Positions 45,180-54,546 of a stretch of DNA of 64,000 nt are shown piece by piece (position 1 is the first letter of the stretch; each line of letters begins with the position of its first letter). Source of the DNA: a virus (lineage: Duplodnaviria > Heunggongvirae > Uroviricota > Caudoviricetes). The stretch lies in IMG/VR virus record IMGVR_UViG_2721755711_000002, one strand, 5' to 3'. The notes under the pieces were generated by a model that saw nothing but the letters and a program-made list of their open reading frames with translations, made no database searches and was not told where the DNA came from. Made by a program: the position numbers and the translations under genes.

Positions 45180-46815
45180 CCTGAAAGCGAATATCAGGAT
45201 CGGCGGCACGATAGATCCGTCGTGGAAAAAATCGGTTGATGGACTGAAGCACGGATTATCAGGGGCAACGCAGGAAGTGGCTCGCCTGACTCGCCAGCAG
45301 GATGTACTGAAACGAAAAATTCAGGCTGGCGTACTGGCAGGGCAGGATATTACTGAACTGCGAAAGCAGTATGAAAAGCTGGGCAAAAAAATTCATGATG
45401 CCACCGGAGAGCAGGATAAATTTAACCGTAAGCTGGCACGTGCGGAACGTCTGGAACGCTGGAAAGGGCGTGGAAAGACCGCTCTGAAAGCGGGGTTAGG
45501 GCTTTCGGTCGGGGCAGGACTGACACTGGCAGGCGCTGCCGGTGCAGCACTTAGCCGGAACAGTGAAACTGCAGAGCGGGCAGGGATAGCCCGGAGTTAC
45601 GGTGTGGATTATGAGACGTATGCAGCGTGGGATTCGCTGGGTAAGCAGATGGGGCTGAACGGGGAAAACTTCGGGGATCTGTTTGAGGAGTACCGTAACA
45701 AGGTTTTTGATGATGATAATGGCGCATCGGATAAAGGTGCCATACAGCAGGTCTTCGGGGCGCTGGGGCTGAAAACCGGGGTGATGGCGGGAAAAAACAA
45801 CCAGGAGCAGGTTGAATTTCTTTTTGACCGATTGCTGCAGGTGAAGGATGAACAAAAGGCTGCCGGGATGGCGGATGCATTGTTTGGTGGTGAGGGTAAT
45901 AAGATCCTGACCTGGATACGTCTGTCAGGAAAAACTTACCGGGAGCTTATTGAGGAGCAGAAGCGCTATAACCTGGTGACCAGGGAAGGGGCGGATGGTG
46001 CCGTCCGGGGACATATCGCCGTCTCAAACCTCACCGGTGTTCTGGGTTCGTCCATTGATGAAATCTGTGGACAGCTGGGGAAAGAGCTGGCACCGAATAT
46101 TCAGCAGGTCACGGACGACCTGGCGGACTGGTTTAAAAACGGCGGGCTGGAAAAAATCAATACATTTATCAGAGAGGGCGCGCTGCCGATGTTGATCAAG
46201 GTGACGGCCTGGGCGTGGAATTTTGGAAAAGTCATTGCCGGGCTCACTGAAAAGGCCATCGAGTGGGGGCTGGCTGAAGATCCACGGAGTGACCGGCGTG
46301 AGGTGCTGGAATATCTGGCAAAAACAGGCTCACCAGAGCTGGCAAGGGCAGTGGCGAAGAGGAACGGGCAGGATAAATGGTTTGATGATCAGCTTAAAAA
46401 AAATCCCGATCTGACGAAGCAGGTTGTGAAGGCGTATACAGACACACGCGGTTTCCTGAGTGATGACGATAAAAAATTTGAGGCGTCCCTCGAGCCTTTT
46501 CTGGGGCCAGAAGACGATCCGGACTTTGACGGATGGGAAAAGAAAGCGCTTGATGTCCTCGCGAAGTATGACACCCCACCCGCTACAAAACAGGGGCAGG
46601 AAAAAACGGATCCTCTTTCTGCGCTTCACTACGTTCCGGGCAGTATCAGCCAGGTGGAAGTAAAACCCACGTATCAGATACGGGCTGAATTTAACCTCAC
46701 CCAGAAGCCCGGCGAGGATGCCGGACAGCTGGCAGACAGGGTGACGAAAAATCTGGGTGATATTGATTTTGGCCAGCGGGCCAGCATGACCGACAGTTAT
46801 GCATTCTGGGGGTGA
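45160..46815 (+). CDS. T: tail tape measure protein (P2 gpT-like)
   Basis: 551 aa after E/E'; coiled-coil N-terminus and Gly-rich hydrophobic segment. Confidence 0.7.
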   Translation: MATVGDNLKANIRIGGTIDPSWKKSVDGLKHGLSGATQEVARLTRQQDVLKRKIQAGVLAGQDITELRKQYEKLGKKIHDATGEQDKFNRKLARAERLERWKGRGKTALKAGLGLSVGAGLTLAGAAGAALSRNSETAERAGIARSYGVDYETYAAWDSLGKQMGLNGENFGDLFEEYRNKVFDDDNGASDKGAIQQVFGALGLKTGVMAGKNNQEQVEFLFDRLLQVKDEQKAAGMADALFGGEGNKILTWIRLSGKTYRELIEEQKRYNLVTREGADGAVRGHIAVSNLTGVLGSSIDEICGQLGKELAPNIQQVTDDLADWFKNGGLEKINTFIREGALPMLIKVTAWAWNFGKVIAGLTEKAIEWGLAEDPRSDRREVLEYLAKTGSPELARAVAKRNGQDKWFDDQLKKNPDLTKQVVKAYTDTRGFLSDDDKKFEASLEPFLGPEDDPDFDGWEKKALDVLAKYDTPPATKQGQEKTDPLSALHYVPGSISQVEVKPTYQIRAEFNLTQKPGEDAGQLADRVTKNLGDIDFGQRASMTDSYAFWG

Positions 46816-47306
46816 TGATGGTGGATTTTGTTGGCTTTGGCGCAAACATGATTGAGCGCAAGGCATGGGACAGGATTGGTTCATTAACCGATGTGGCCTC
46901 GCGGGTCATGCTGTCGTTTGGTGAGTTTGAGTTCAGTATTGATTCAGCGGCGTATAACGCCATGAAGCGCACCATGGAATGGCGATGGGATGAGCAGCAG
47001 TTAATCGGAAAAAAGGATCTGCTGCAGTATACCGGTAAGGGGGCCAGAACGATAAGCCTTGAAGGGATGGTTCATGCGGGATTTCGTGACGGTGTGGGGA
47101 TGGATGCCCTTGATACGCTGGTTCAGATGGTGGATAAAAATCCTGCGCCGCATCTGCTGGTTTCCGGGACGGGGGATGTGATGGGGTATTTTGTTGTAAC
47201 CGCCTATTCAGATAACACCACGTCCTTTCTTCCCGGCGGTGCGCCGAAAAACAAAACGTTCACACTGGAGCTGAAATACTATGGCGAAAAACTGGCGGAC
47301 CACTGA
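46815..47306 (+). CDS. U: tail protein (P2 gpU-like)
   Basis: ORF after tape measure with overlapping stop/start (TGATG). Confidence 0.65.
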   Translation: MMVDFVGFGANMIERKAWDRIGSLTDVASRVMLSFGEFEFSIDSAAYNAMKRTMEWRWDEQQLIGKKDLLQYTGKGARTISLEGMVHAGFRDGVGMDALDTLVQMVDKNPAPHLLVSGTGDVMGYFVVTAYSDNTTSFLPGGAPKNKTFTLELKYYGEKLADH

Positions 47307-47499
47307 CGGCGATATGCTGGATGATATCTGTCAGAGACACTACGGCAGCGCCGGACTCAACCAGTCACTGGCGGCGGTACTGGAGGCTAATCCCGGGCTG
47401 GCTGATCTTGGTCCGGTGTATCCGTCCGGGGTGGAAATCGTGTTACCGGACTGGACATATGAGCCGGAAGAGAAGGAGACGTTTCAGTTATGGGACTGA
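47281..47499 (+). CDS. X: tail protein X (P2 gpX-like)
   Basis: 72 aa ORF between U-like and D-like genes, overlapping both. Confidence 0.6.
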   Translation: MAKNWRTTDGDMLDDICQRHYGSAGLNQSLAAVLEANPGLADLGPVYPSGVEIVLPDWTYEPEEKETFQLWD

Positions 47500-48566
47500 A
47501 TGAATATCAGCCGGATTTCAGTCTGACGGTGGAAGGCGAGGATATCACGAAAGCAATAAAACGCGGACTGGCTGAACTGCGTTATACCGATAATGGTGCT
47601 GCCACAAAGCGGGCTGATGAGTTAATGATAACGCTGTTCAGTGAAACGCTGGCATTGCCACCGAAAGGCGCAGTATTAACGCTGGGGCTGGGGTTTAACG
47701 GACGTCTGGTGAATAAGGGTAGCTTTACTGTCTGTCAGGTGGCAAGCGGTGGCCCTCCCCGCCGGATCACCATTTATGCCACAGCAGCCCCCATGAATGC
47801 GTCCAGGCATGGTGCAGATGTGACTGCACTGAAAACCCGCGCCTTCAGCGATGTCACGCTGGGTGACCTGGTAAAAACGATCGCCACTGAAAATAATCTG
47901 GTGGCGCGGGTATCTCCGGCACTGGAGAAAATTCGTATTCCGTGGGTGATGCAGTCATCTGAGTCGGATGCGTCCCTGCTTTCCCGGCTTGCAGGGATGT
48001 ACGGTGCCACCAGTAAACCGATGAACGGTTACTGGTTATTTCTGGAGTATGGTGCGTCGCAGAGTACCGGAGGCAGGGATGCCCCTGTGATGACCATCAC
48101 ACCGGATATGGTGTCAGACTGGGATTACCGGGAGGGCGATCGGCAGGGGGCATCCGGAGGCGGAAAAGGGGGAAAGGTTGGTGTCAGGTACTTTACTCCG
48201 TCTGATGGTCGCACGCGTGAACTTAAAGTGGATGTGGAGTCCACAGACAAGCGGCATCCCTTCACCCAGCCAGACCAGAGCACGGCAGAACATTGTGCAC
48301 AGTCGAAGGTAAAGCGGGTGCAGAAAGCGGGGCGTCAGATGACGATAACGCTGCCCTGCCGACCGGTATTGCTGAAAGCGGGGGCGGAAGTGCGCTTTAT
48401 CACACGGGGCTTCGGGGTACGGGAGGACCATAACTGGCAGGCAGAGTCAGTGGAATTTTCGTTGTCACCGGTGCAGGGATTTTCGCTGAATCTGTCGCTG
48501 GCCACGGATATTTCTGCAAAGGGGAAAGCCAGTGGCAAGAAAAAAGGCGTCAATTATTTTGGTTAA
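47490..48566 (+). CDS. D: late control / tail protein (P2 gpD-like)
   Basis: 358 aa ORF closing the P2-like tail cluster. Confidence 0.7.
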   Translation: MGLNEYQPDFSLTVEGEDITKAIKRGLAELRYTDNGAATKRADELMITLFSETLALPPKGAVLTLGLGFNGRLVNKGSFTVCQVASGGPPRRITIYATAAPMNASRHGADVTALKTRAFSDVTLGDLVKTIATENNLVARVSPALEKIRIPWVMQSSESDASLLSRLAGMYGATSKPMNGYWLFLEYGASQSTGGRDAPVMTITPDMVSDWDYREGDRQGASGGGKGGKVGVRYFTPSDGRTRELKVDVESTDKRHPFTQPDQSTAEHCAQSKVKRVQKAGRQMTITLPCRPVLLKAGAEVRFITRGFGVREDHNWQAESVEFSLSPVQGFSLNLSLATDISAKGKASGKKKGVNYFG

Positions 48567-48590
48567 TGTTTTCTGAATCAGGAAATAAAA

Positions 48591-49226
48591 ATGTCTGTAT
48601 TAATTTCGGGTGTGCTGACGGATGGCGCGGGACTCCCCATGTCCGGATACCATATTATTCTGAAAGCCAGACAGAATACATCCGCAGTGGTCATGAGAAC
48701 GGTGGCTACAGTGATGACAGGTCCGGCAGGAGAATATGCTTTTGAAGCTCAGACCGGAAAATATGACGTTTATCTTCGGTCGTGTATTGAAAGGGAATAC
48801 TGTGTCGGTGATATTTCGGTTTACGACGACTCAAAGCCCGGCACGCTGAACGACTTTTTGACCGCTCTCGACGAAGGCGACCTCAAACCCGACGTGGTGA
48901 AACGCTTTGAGGAAATGGTGGCGCAGGCGCAGCAGGGTGCCGAAACTGCAACAGAAAGCGAACGACAGGCAGGGCAACATGCAGACGCTGCCGCCCGGGC
49001 AAAAGAAGATGTAAAAAAACTGGTGGAAGGTGTTCAGCAGAACGCCGACGCGGTTGCGGAGGGTAAACAACAGGCCGAAACTCTGGTCTCACAGGTTGAG
49101 GATACCGCCGCAGAGGTCAGGCAGGATGCTGAAGCCGCGAAAAAGGCCGCATCTGATGCAGAGCATGTCAGGGAGGATATTGACACTGCGTTATCTGCGA
49201 CACTGAAAACGGCGAATCGCCTGTAA
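48591..49226 (+). CDS. side tail fibre N-terminal domain protein (Stf N-terminal fragment)
   Basis: 211 aa; ...ISGVLTDGAGLPMSGYHIILKAR...GKYDVYL...VYDDSKPGTLNDFLTA...PDVVKRFEEMV... parallels remembered lambda Stf N-terminus; stop codon lies in the junction core. Confidence 0.6.
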   Translation: MSVLISGVLTDGAGLPMSGYHIILKARQNTSAVVMRTVATVMTGPAGEYAFEAQTGKYDVYLRSCIEREYCVGDISVYDDSKPGTLNDFLTALDEGDLKPDVVKRFEEMVAQAQQGAETATESERQAGQHADAAARAKEDVKKLVEGVQQNADAVAEGKQQAETLVSQVEDTAAEVRQDAEAAKKAASDAEHVREDIDTALSATLKTANRL

Positions 49227-49271
49227 ACGATTCGCCGTTTTCAGTGTCGCAGATAACGCAGTATCAATATC
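49176..49271. repeat. near-palindromic junction: 44 bp inverted arms (35 bp perfect, then one mismatch) around an asymmetric 8 bp core CCTGTAAA
   Basis: 49188..49219 is the exact reverse complement of 49228..49259; arms continue as roughly 630 bp diverged inverted homologs (the two Stf N-terminal genes). Confidence 0.9.
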
Positions 49272-49856
49272 TGCTCTGGCCTGCTCTGCACCGGATGCGG
49301 CCTTTTTCGCGGCTTCAGCATCCTGCCTGACCTCCGCGGCGGTATCCTCAACCCGTGAGGCCAGATTTTCGGCCTGTTGTTTACCCTCCGCAACCGCGTC
49401 GGCGTTCTGCTGAACACCTTCCGCCAGTTTTTTTACCTCTTCTTTTGCCCGGGCGGCAGCGTCTGCATGTTGCCCTGCCTGTCGTTCACTTTCTGTTGCA
49501 GTTTCCGCGCTCTGCTGCGCCTGCGCCACCATTTCCTCAAAACGTTTCACCACGTCGGGCTTGAGGTCGCCTTCATCGGGGGCGGTCAGAAAATCATTCA
49601 GTGTGCCGGGCTTTGAGTCGTCGTATACAGCAATATCTCCAACACAGTACTCGTCGCGCCAGCCCTGCTTCAGATATACGCAGTATTTTCCGGTCTGCGC
49701 CTCAAAACAGTACTCGCCACAGTTTCCTGTCACCACGTCGGCAACTGTGCGCATCACCACCTCTGAGGTGTTTACCCGGGATTTCAGAATTATGTGGCAT
49801 CCGGACATGGGGATGCCTGCGCCATCAATCAGCGCACCTGATATCACTACAGACAT
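49191..49856 (-). CDS. side tail fibre N-terminal domain protein (second, diverged Stf N-terminal fragment)
   Basis: 221 aa, similar along its whole length to 48591..49226 (roughly 85 to 90 percent by eye); reads through the junction core and ends 10 codons into the opposite arm. Confidence 0.6.
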   Translation of the reverse strand: MSVVISGALIDGAGIPMSGCHIILKSRVNTSEVVMRTVADVVTGNCGEYCFEAQTGKYCVYLKQGWRDEYCVGDIAVYDDSKPGTLNDFLTAPDEGDLKPDVVKRFEEMVAQAQQSAETATESERQAGQHADAAARAKEEVKKLAEGVQQNADAVAEGKQQAENLASRVEDTAAEVRQDAEAAKKAASGAEQARADIDTALSATLKTANRLQAIRRFQCRR

Positions 49857-49879
49857 AGTTTTTCTCGCGATAAATTAAA

Positions 49880-50428
49880 TCAGGAAGAGGCTTCCGGAGA
49901 GACGGGCCATTCAATGGCGTTATATGAGGCTTTATCAGTGATGGTGCTGAAATCCATCGCCTGCAGCGATTTCGCGTAAATGCGGTACGCTTTCAGCTTT
50001 TCCCTGTCTTCGTCGCTGATTAATCCCAGCAGCAGGTCTTTTTCCCATTCGCTGGTCATGATACTGACCTGTTTTAACAGGGCATCACGCTCGTCTTCCG
50101 CTTTAAGTTTGTAGTCGAAAACAAATTCATCATTGCGGTAAAACCAGTAGCCTGATGCTTCAATGCGACGATTAGCGGTAATATCCGGCAACTCAATCAC
50201 GCTTTTATTTTCCGGGCAGATTGAGGTGATGTCTTTTCCGACCCAGACCACTTCGCCAGTTTTAACATAAATAACTTTCAGGGTGTCTGGTAGAAATTTT
50301 TCCTGGGCTTCGTGCCATTCCTGTCCATCATCTGAGAACAGCCACAATAAAAATTTATGCTGTCGCGCCAGCTGGTATTGCTCAATTGTTTTAGGGTTTT
50401 GTACCGTAATATTTTTTAAGTGCATCAT
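49880..50428 (-). CDS. tail fibre assembly chaperone (Tfa-like)
   Basis: 182 aa; C-terminus ...SYNAIEWPVSP; directly downstream of fibre gene. Confidence 0.8.
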   Translation of the reverse strand: MMHLKNITVQNPKTIEQYQLARQHKFLLWLFSDDGQEWHEAQEKFLPDTLKVIYVKTGEVVWVGKDITSICPENKSVIELPDITANRRIEASGYWFYRNDEFVFDYKLKAEDERDALLKQVSIMTSEWEKDLLLGLISDEDREKLKAYRIYAKSLQAMDFSTITDKASYNAIEWPVSPEASS

Positions 50429-50430
50429 GA

Positions 50431-51924
50431 TTACAAACTCGCTACATTTCTCCAGACGCCATTAATCAGAACCTGCACCGGGCGTGCATTGGCCCAGTTC
50501 ACACTTTCACCGCCATCAACACCACTCAGTAAATGACCTGATGGCGCATTTCCCCCGCGTCCAATACCAATGGCGCTTCCCAGACGTACATCCTGCACGC
50601 CGCCTGTTTTGGTCTGATAGCGGGCATCAAAGTTTCCGTAGTTTGATGGAGTTATCTGCCCATTTACAGCGAATGTGACGCTATCGTCTGTATTTCTCTG
50701 ACTGTAGAAATGCCAGCCGGAATCATCACCAAGTTCTGCAACTACAGGTCTGGATGGATTACCCCATAAATTAAACCCTACGTTCTTCGTGGAGCTGTTG
50801 GAGCTGGATAGCGTGAATTTTTTACTATCCCCGGCCTGAACGTTTTTAAAAGCAATAGCAACTCCATTCTGAAAGCGAAATACGCGCTGATTATTAGCAT
50901 AAACATCCAGAATGCCATCGCCGTTTTGTTTTATACCGGTGTCGTTATCTCCGAGAGTAATGGAATTACCGCCCAGTGCGTTATCCGTACCAAGCGCCAG
51001 CCCACCATCAATTTTGGCCCCGTGGCTGACAGATATAGCACCTGTTCTCAGATTTATAGCAAATGGCCTTAATGGGCCAATATCGCCATTCTCGCCCTGA
51101 CCTTCACTGGTAGGGATAAGGTGCAGGCACTCTTCCGAACGACGAAAAATCAGGCCAAAAGCGTCGTTGAAAATCCTCAGCGCATTAACACCACGGATTT
51201 TCAGCTCCCCGGTCATCAAATCACCAGATTTTTTTACATATCGCAGATCAAAATCTGAATAGATATTGCCGGGGTTTATCACGCTGAAATAGCTTTTCTC
51301 GTTATCAAGAAGGCAAATCAAAGGAATACCTTTAATGATATCATTCGCTACCAGCTCGGACTTGTTCCCCTTATAAAGTGGGAACGTACCAAGAACCTTT
51401 CCGCCTAGTGTTAGTTGAAGTGTCGCCGCGTTGGTATTGTTCTGAACGGGGAAAACGATAATCGGGGTTCGTAGTGTCCAATCTGTACCTTCATTAACAA
51501 AAAACGTCGAGGGAAGCTCCAGCGTCAGTGTGTTTGCAGTGCCACCAGCAACACCCGCAATATAATGACCGCTCTGAAGCTGCGCTATCTGTACGAAATA
51601 GTTTTCCGAACCACGCGTGGCAAAGTTAGCCACAACGTCATTAAGGGACCAACCTTTCGCGGTTGTTCCTTCCTGCCCACGAATGACTTTCAGCACATCG
51701 CCGCTTACTGATACCAGGTGACAAATCTCAAATGCAGACTCTTTATTATCGGTAAGCGTAATTTTTGCATAGACGCGTTGCCCGTTCGATTTATTTTCAA
51801 AATCGGCAGAAAGCAATTTTGCAAATTTAGCTCCCGTGCCCGGCATCACCGGAATATCAGTCTGAATCGTCGTGATATCGCCAGCCAGTGCTGAAACAAC
51901 GTTATTGCCAAATCCAAGAATCAT
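50431..51924 (-). CDS. tail fibre protein
   Basis: 497 aa; C-terminal roughly 200 aa nearly identical to the H-like fibre at 40865..42091; start overlaps upstream stop (ATGA). Confidence 0.8.
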   Translation of the reverse strand: MILGFGNNVVSALAGDITTIQTDIPVMPGTGAKFAKLLSADFENKSNGQRVYAKITLTDNKESAFEICHLVSVSGDVLKVIRGQEGTTAKGWSLNDVVANFATRGSENYFVQIAQLQSGHYIAGVAGGTANTLTLELPSTFFVNEGTDWTLRTPIIVFPVQNNTNAATLQLTLGGKVLGTFPLYKGNKSELVANDIIKGIPLICLLDNEKSYFSVINPGNIYSDFDLRYVKKSGDLMTGELKIRGVNALRIFNDAFGLIFRRSEECLHLIPTSEGQGENGDIGPLRPFAINLRTGAISVSHGAKIDGGLALGTDNALGGNSITLGDNDTGIKQNGDGILDVYANNQRVFRFQNGVAIAFKNVQAGDSKKFTLSSSNSSTKNVGFNLWGNPSRPVVAELGDDSGWHFYSQRNTDDSVTFAVNGQITPSNYGNFDARYQTKTGGVQDVRLGSAIGIGRGGNAPSGHLLSGVDGGESVNWANARPVQVLINGVWRNVASL

Positions 51925-52547
51925 TTTTGAATCACCGTTGTTGCATAGGAATAAATAAAAGGGAGTTTTACATATTTCTGGTCAATGGCATCTTTCAGAA
52001 AATAGCCTATACCATCACCATATTCTGGTATCTGAATAGAAAAAACACTGTCCGATACAGTCACACTCACATCAAAAGTGTGCTGCAACGGCGGGTCTAT
52101 CCCGTTTTTTCCGTGAATGAACCGCGCCACACGTCGCTTTAACCAGTCAATGCAGAAGTGCGAGCCGTCAGCCTTATAAAAATTCCACGTCAATATTCGC
52201 TTGAAATAATCATCAGGAACATACGATGCCTGCCCCGGAACGTAATTCCGCATTGCCGCATACGGGATCGTATTGTATTCAATGGTATCGTATGCACCGC
52301 GTGCAATAGCCTCCTCGGAAACCTGTAGTAAAGGCCTTTCAACGCCATAAATCCCGAGTGCAATCCAGTCCAGCAATTGCCCGGTTATTGATTCTGATGT
52401 CCAGCATGGCAATGCCAGATTGTTGAGTGAATCGAGGTATTCCTGAGCAATTTCATTGTATGCATCAAAGAACGCAACAACATTCGGATCATCTCTGTAC
52501 TGCACAAATGGATAAGCAGGGAGAATTTTCTCAGTCAGATATTGCAT
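51921..52547 (-). CDS. tail protein (DUF2313 / Mu gp48 / P2 gpI-like)
   Basis: About 208 aa from MQYLTEK; between baseplate J-like and fibre genes. Confidence 0.5.
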   Translation of the reverse strand: MQYLTEKILPAYPFVQYRDDPNVVAFFDAYNEIAQEYLDSLNNLALPCWTSESITGQLLDWIALGIYGVERPLLQVSEEAIARGAYDTIEYNTIPYAAMRNYVPGQASYVPDDYFKRILTWNFYKADGSHFCIDWLKRRVARFIHGKNGIDPPLQHTFDVSVTVSDSVFSIQIPEYGDGIGYFLKDAIDQKYVKLPFIYSYATTVIQK

Positions 52548-53757
52548 ACTTGTTGACCTGAACCTGTGATGCCACCGTTGAAAAATAGGAATAGGTATCG
52601 CCATAAACCAGGCTTGTGTCTTTCGCCGGAAGAACAATATGGCCGTTAATACCAATGCTCACACTGATTGTTGAGATCAACGTCGCATCAACCAGCAACC
52701 TGACGGAACTGGTAAAAATATCCTGGATACGCAGAAGATTTATCGGGTGTCCGACTTCAATTGAATTGATGTAATCAGCAACGTTTTGCTGCACAGCCAT
52801 AGCAATACCCGCCGGATCAACATAATCATCAGACACCGTGTTCCAGGTGATTAGCACCATGACGTTTTGTGATGACGGGATAACGAACGGTACCTGATAA
52901 ACGTCCGGCGAAACGGTTATTGAAACCGTGCGTTTTTCCACTGCCGCACCGGATGGATTGCTAACATCGTTGGTCAGTTTCGAAATGTCCGGTACAGATT
53001 TGTAAATCGCATAAGCCACATCATACGGATCACCGCCACCAACAACCGCAACCCATTTCCCCAGCGACGACTGCCGGAAAGAAATCAGGTTTTCGCGCAC
53101 ACCGCTTACTGATTTGAGCATCGCTTTAAAGCAATCCGGTGTTCCCTGCACACCAAACATGCCAGACTCCATGACTTCGGCGCGGTAAGATGCCCACGTC
53201 TGCTCCTCCTGACCTGGCATCCCTGCGGTAAGGTTCGTGCATTTTACAGGCTGGTCTTTGGGTACTGATGTAATAACCTGCGTCACGGTCCCTTCCGGTA
53301 CAGCCCATGAGCCTGACGTTGTGGCCACACAGTAAACTGGCTCAGTCTGCCCGCTTTCCGGTACCACAGTATCGCGGGAAACCGCATACTGGTAGTTACC
53401 GTCTCCAACCACAAATCCTTTAGGGATACCAAACCCCGGCAACGCTTCAAACACCACGTATACCGCCGTATTTGTACTTAATCCCTTCTGTGCTCCATAT
53501 ATGTTTCCGAGTTGCATCAGTAACGGAATATTCGCGCCGTATGGGCTTACGGAGTTAATAAGATCAACCCGCGCCTGGTCTATTAATGCCAGCGCCCCTA
53601 CTGCCGTGCTGGCAAGGTCTGTAATAAGTCCTGCCGGAAGGTTGGCTGTATATCCAGGTACTTTTTCAGCAACTCTGGTGATAAGATTTGCGAGCAAATC
53701 ATTGGGTGGCGTAGGCTGCGCACCCGCACTGGTCATAGTAATTGGTATTTCAGACAT
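52531..53757 (-). CDS. baseplate J-like protein (Mu gp47-like)
   Basis: 408 aa ORF in the expected position before the DUF2313-like and fibre genes. Confidence 0.55.
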   Translation of the reverse strand: MSEIPITMTSAGAQPTPPNDLLANLITRVAEKVPGYTANLPAGLITDLASTAVGALALIDQARVDLINSVSPYGANIPLLMQLGNIYGAQKGLSTNTAVYVVFEALPGFGIPKGFVVGDGNYQYAVSRDTVVPESGQTEPVYCVATTSGSWAVPEGTVTQVITSVPKDQPVKCTNLTAGMPGQEEQTWASYRAEVMESGMFGVQGTPDCFKAMLKSVSGVRENLISFRQSSLGKWVAVVGGGDPYDVAYAIYKSVPDISKLTNDVSNPSGAAVEKRTVSITVSPDVYQVPFVIPSSQNVMVLITWNTVSDDYVDPAGIAMAVQQNVADYINSIEVGHPINLLRIQDIFTSSVRLLVDATLISTISVSIGINGHIVLPAKDTSLVYGDTYSYFSTVASQVQVNKYAISD

Positions 53758-53767
53758 ATCTACCCCA

Positions 53768-53792
53768 TAAAAAAACCGCCGAAGCGGTTTTA
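53768..53792 (-). terminator. bidirectional rho-independent terminator after cargo gene
   Basis: ACCGCC GAAG CGGT hairpin flanked by A-run and T-run. Confidence 0.55.
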
Positions 53793-53799
53793 AGTTAAC

Positions 53800-54546
53800 T
53801 TATTTTGCCTGTTTCATTTTTTCCACCCTCTCAAGCATTCTTTTTACATTTGATGGAGGATAGTTAAATTCATCGCCGTCTCCAAAAGAAATTTTTATAG
53901 GCTTCATTTTCATAACCAATTCTTTCAGAACCGCTTTACCAATTTCAGTTTTTGGTACTATAAAACCATTTCCATACAAGCATGATTTATAAGTTTTATA
54001 ATATTCACCATTAATCAAAATTGGTGGATACTCTAATGGCCCATCAATTTGCACTGAATTATCGCAAAATCCATTGCCTTTAGATTTTGAAGCAATAAAA
54101 ATAGCTATTGTCCCATCATCGCCATACATCAGGAATCTATTTTTACTAACACCTTCCAGTGGAGGTAATATTATCAGTGCACCATCAATATACCATTCAG
54201 CGTAATTCTTTGATTCATTGATTATGTTCTCATTAATTTCATTTAAAGATGAATATTCCCTGAATGCATTAGAATACCATTGTCGAACACATGATTCTGT
54301 TTTGCACTTCTCTCTTTCATTCCACAAGTCTGAAACAATTTTTCTAAAAGCTTTCTTATCAGCGCTCTCTAACTTTACTTTTTGATATAAAGAATTTAAT
54401 TTATCATCAAGTTCAGATAATTCACTGTTGCTGCAAATTAACTTTTCAGAATATGATTTAGCTTTCGAGCAATCAAAAGATACCGCATTCGCAGTTCCGA
54501 TTTGTAATAAAAAAGCAAACACTACAAATAATTTAAACTTAATCAT
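53800..54546 (-). CDS. secreted protein with LprI/DUF1311-like N-terminal domain (cargo gene)
   Basis: 248 aa; signal peptide MIKFKLFVVFAFLLQIGTANA; FDCSKA...EKLICSN..L..LD..LN..Y motif typical of DUF1311; gene is conspicuously AT-rich relative to flanking tail genes. Confidence 0.5.
   Translation of the reverse strand: MIKFKLFVVFAFLLQIGTANAVSFDCSKAKSYSEKLICSNSELSELDDKLNSLYQKVKLESADKKAFRKIVSDLWNEREKCKTESCVRQWYSNAFREYSSLNEINENIINESKNYAEWYIDGALIILPPLEGVSKNRFLMYGDDGTIAIFIASKSKGNGFCDNSVQIDGPLEYPPILINGEYYKTYKSCLYGNGFIVPKTEIGKAVLKELVMKMKPIKISFGDGDEFNYPPSNVKRMLERVEKMKQAK

Noticed and set aside
49176-49271. Din-family (Gin/Pin/Cin/Hin) invertase crossover site at the palindromic junction
   Set aside because: The core CCTGTAAAC matches part of a remembered gix half-site and TTATC/GATAA motifs are present, but the half-sites are not arranged around a 2 bp crossover as in 26 bp gix/hix sites, and no invertase gene is in the window; kept only as a speculation inside the junction finding.
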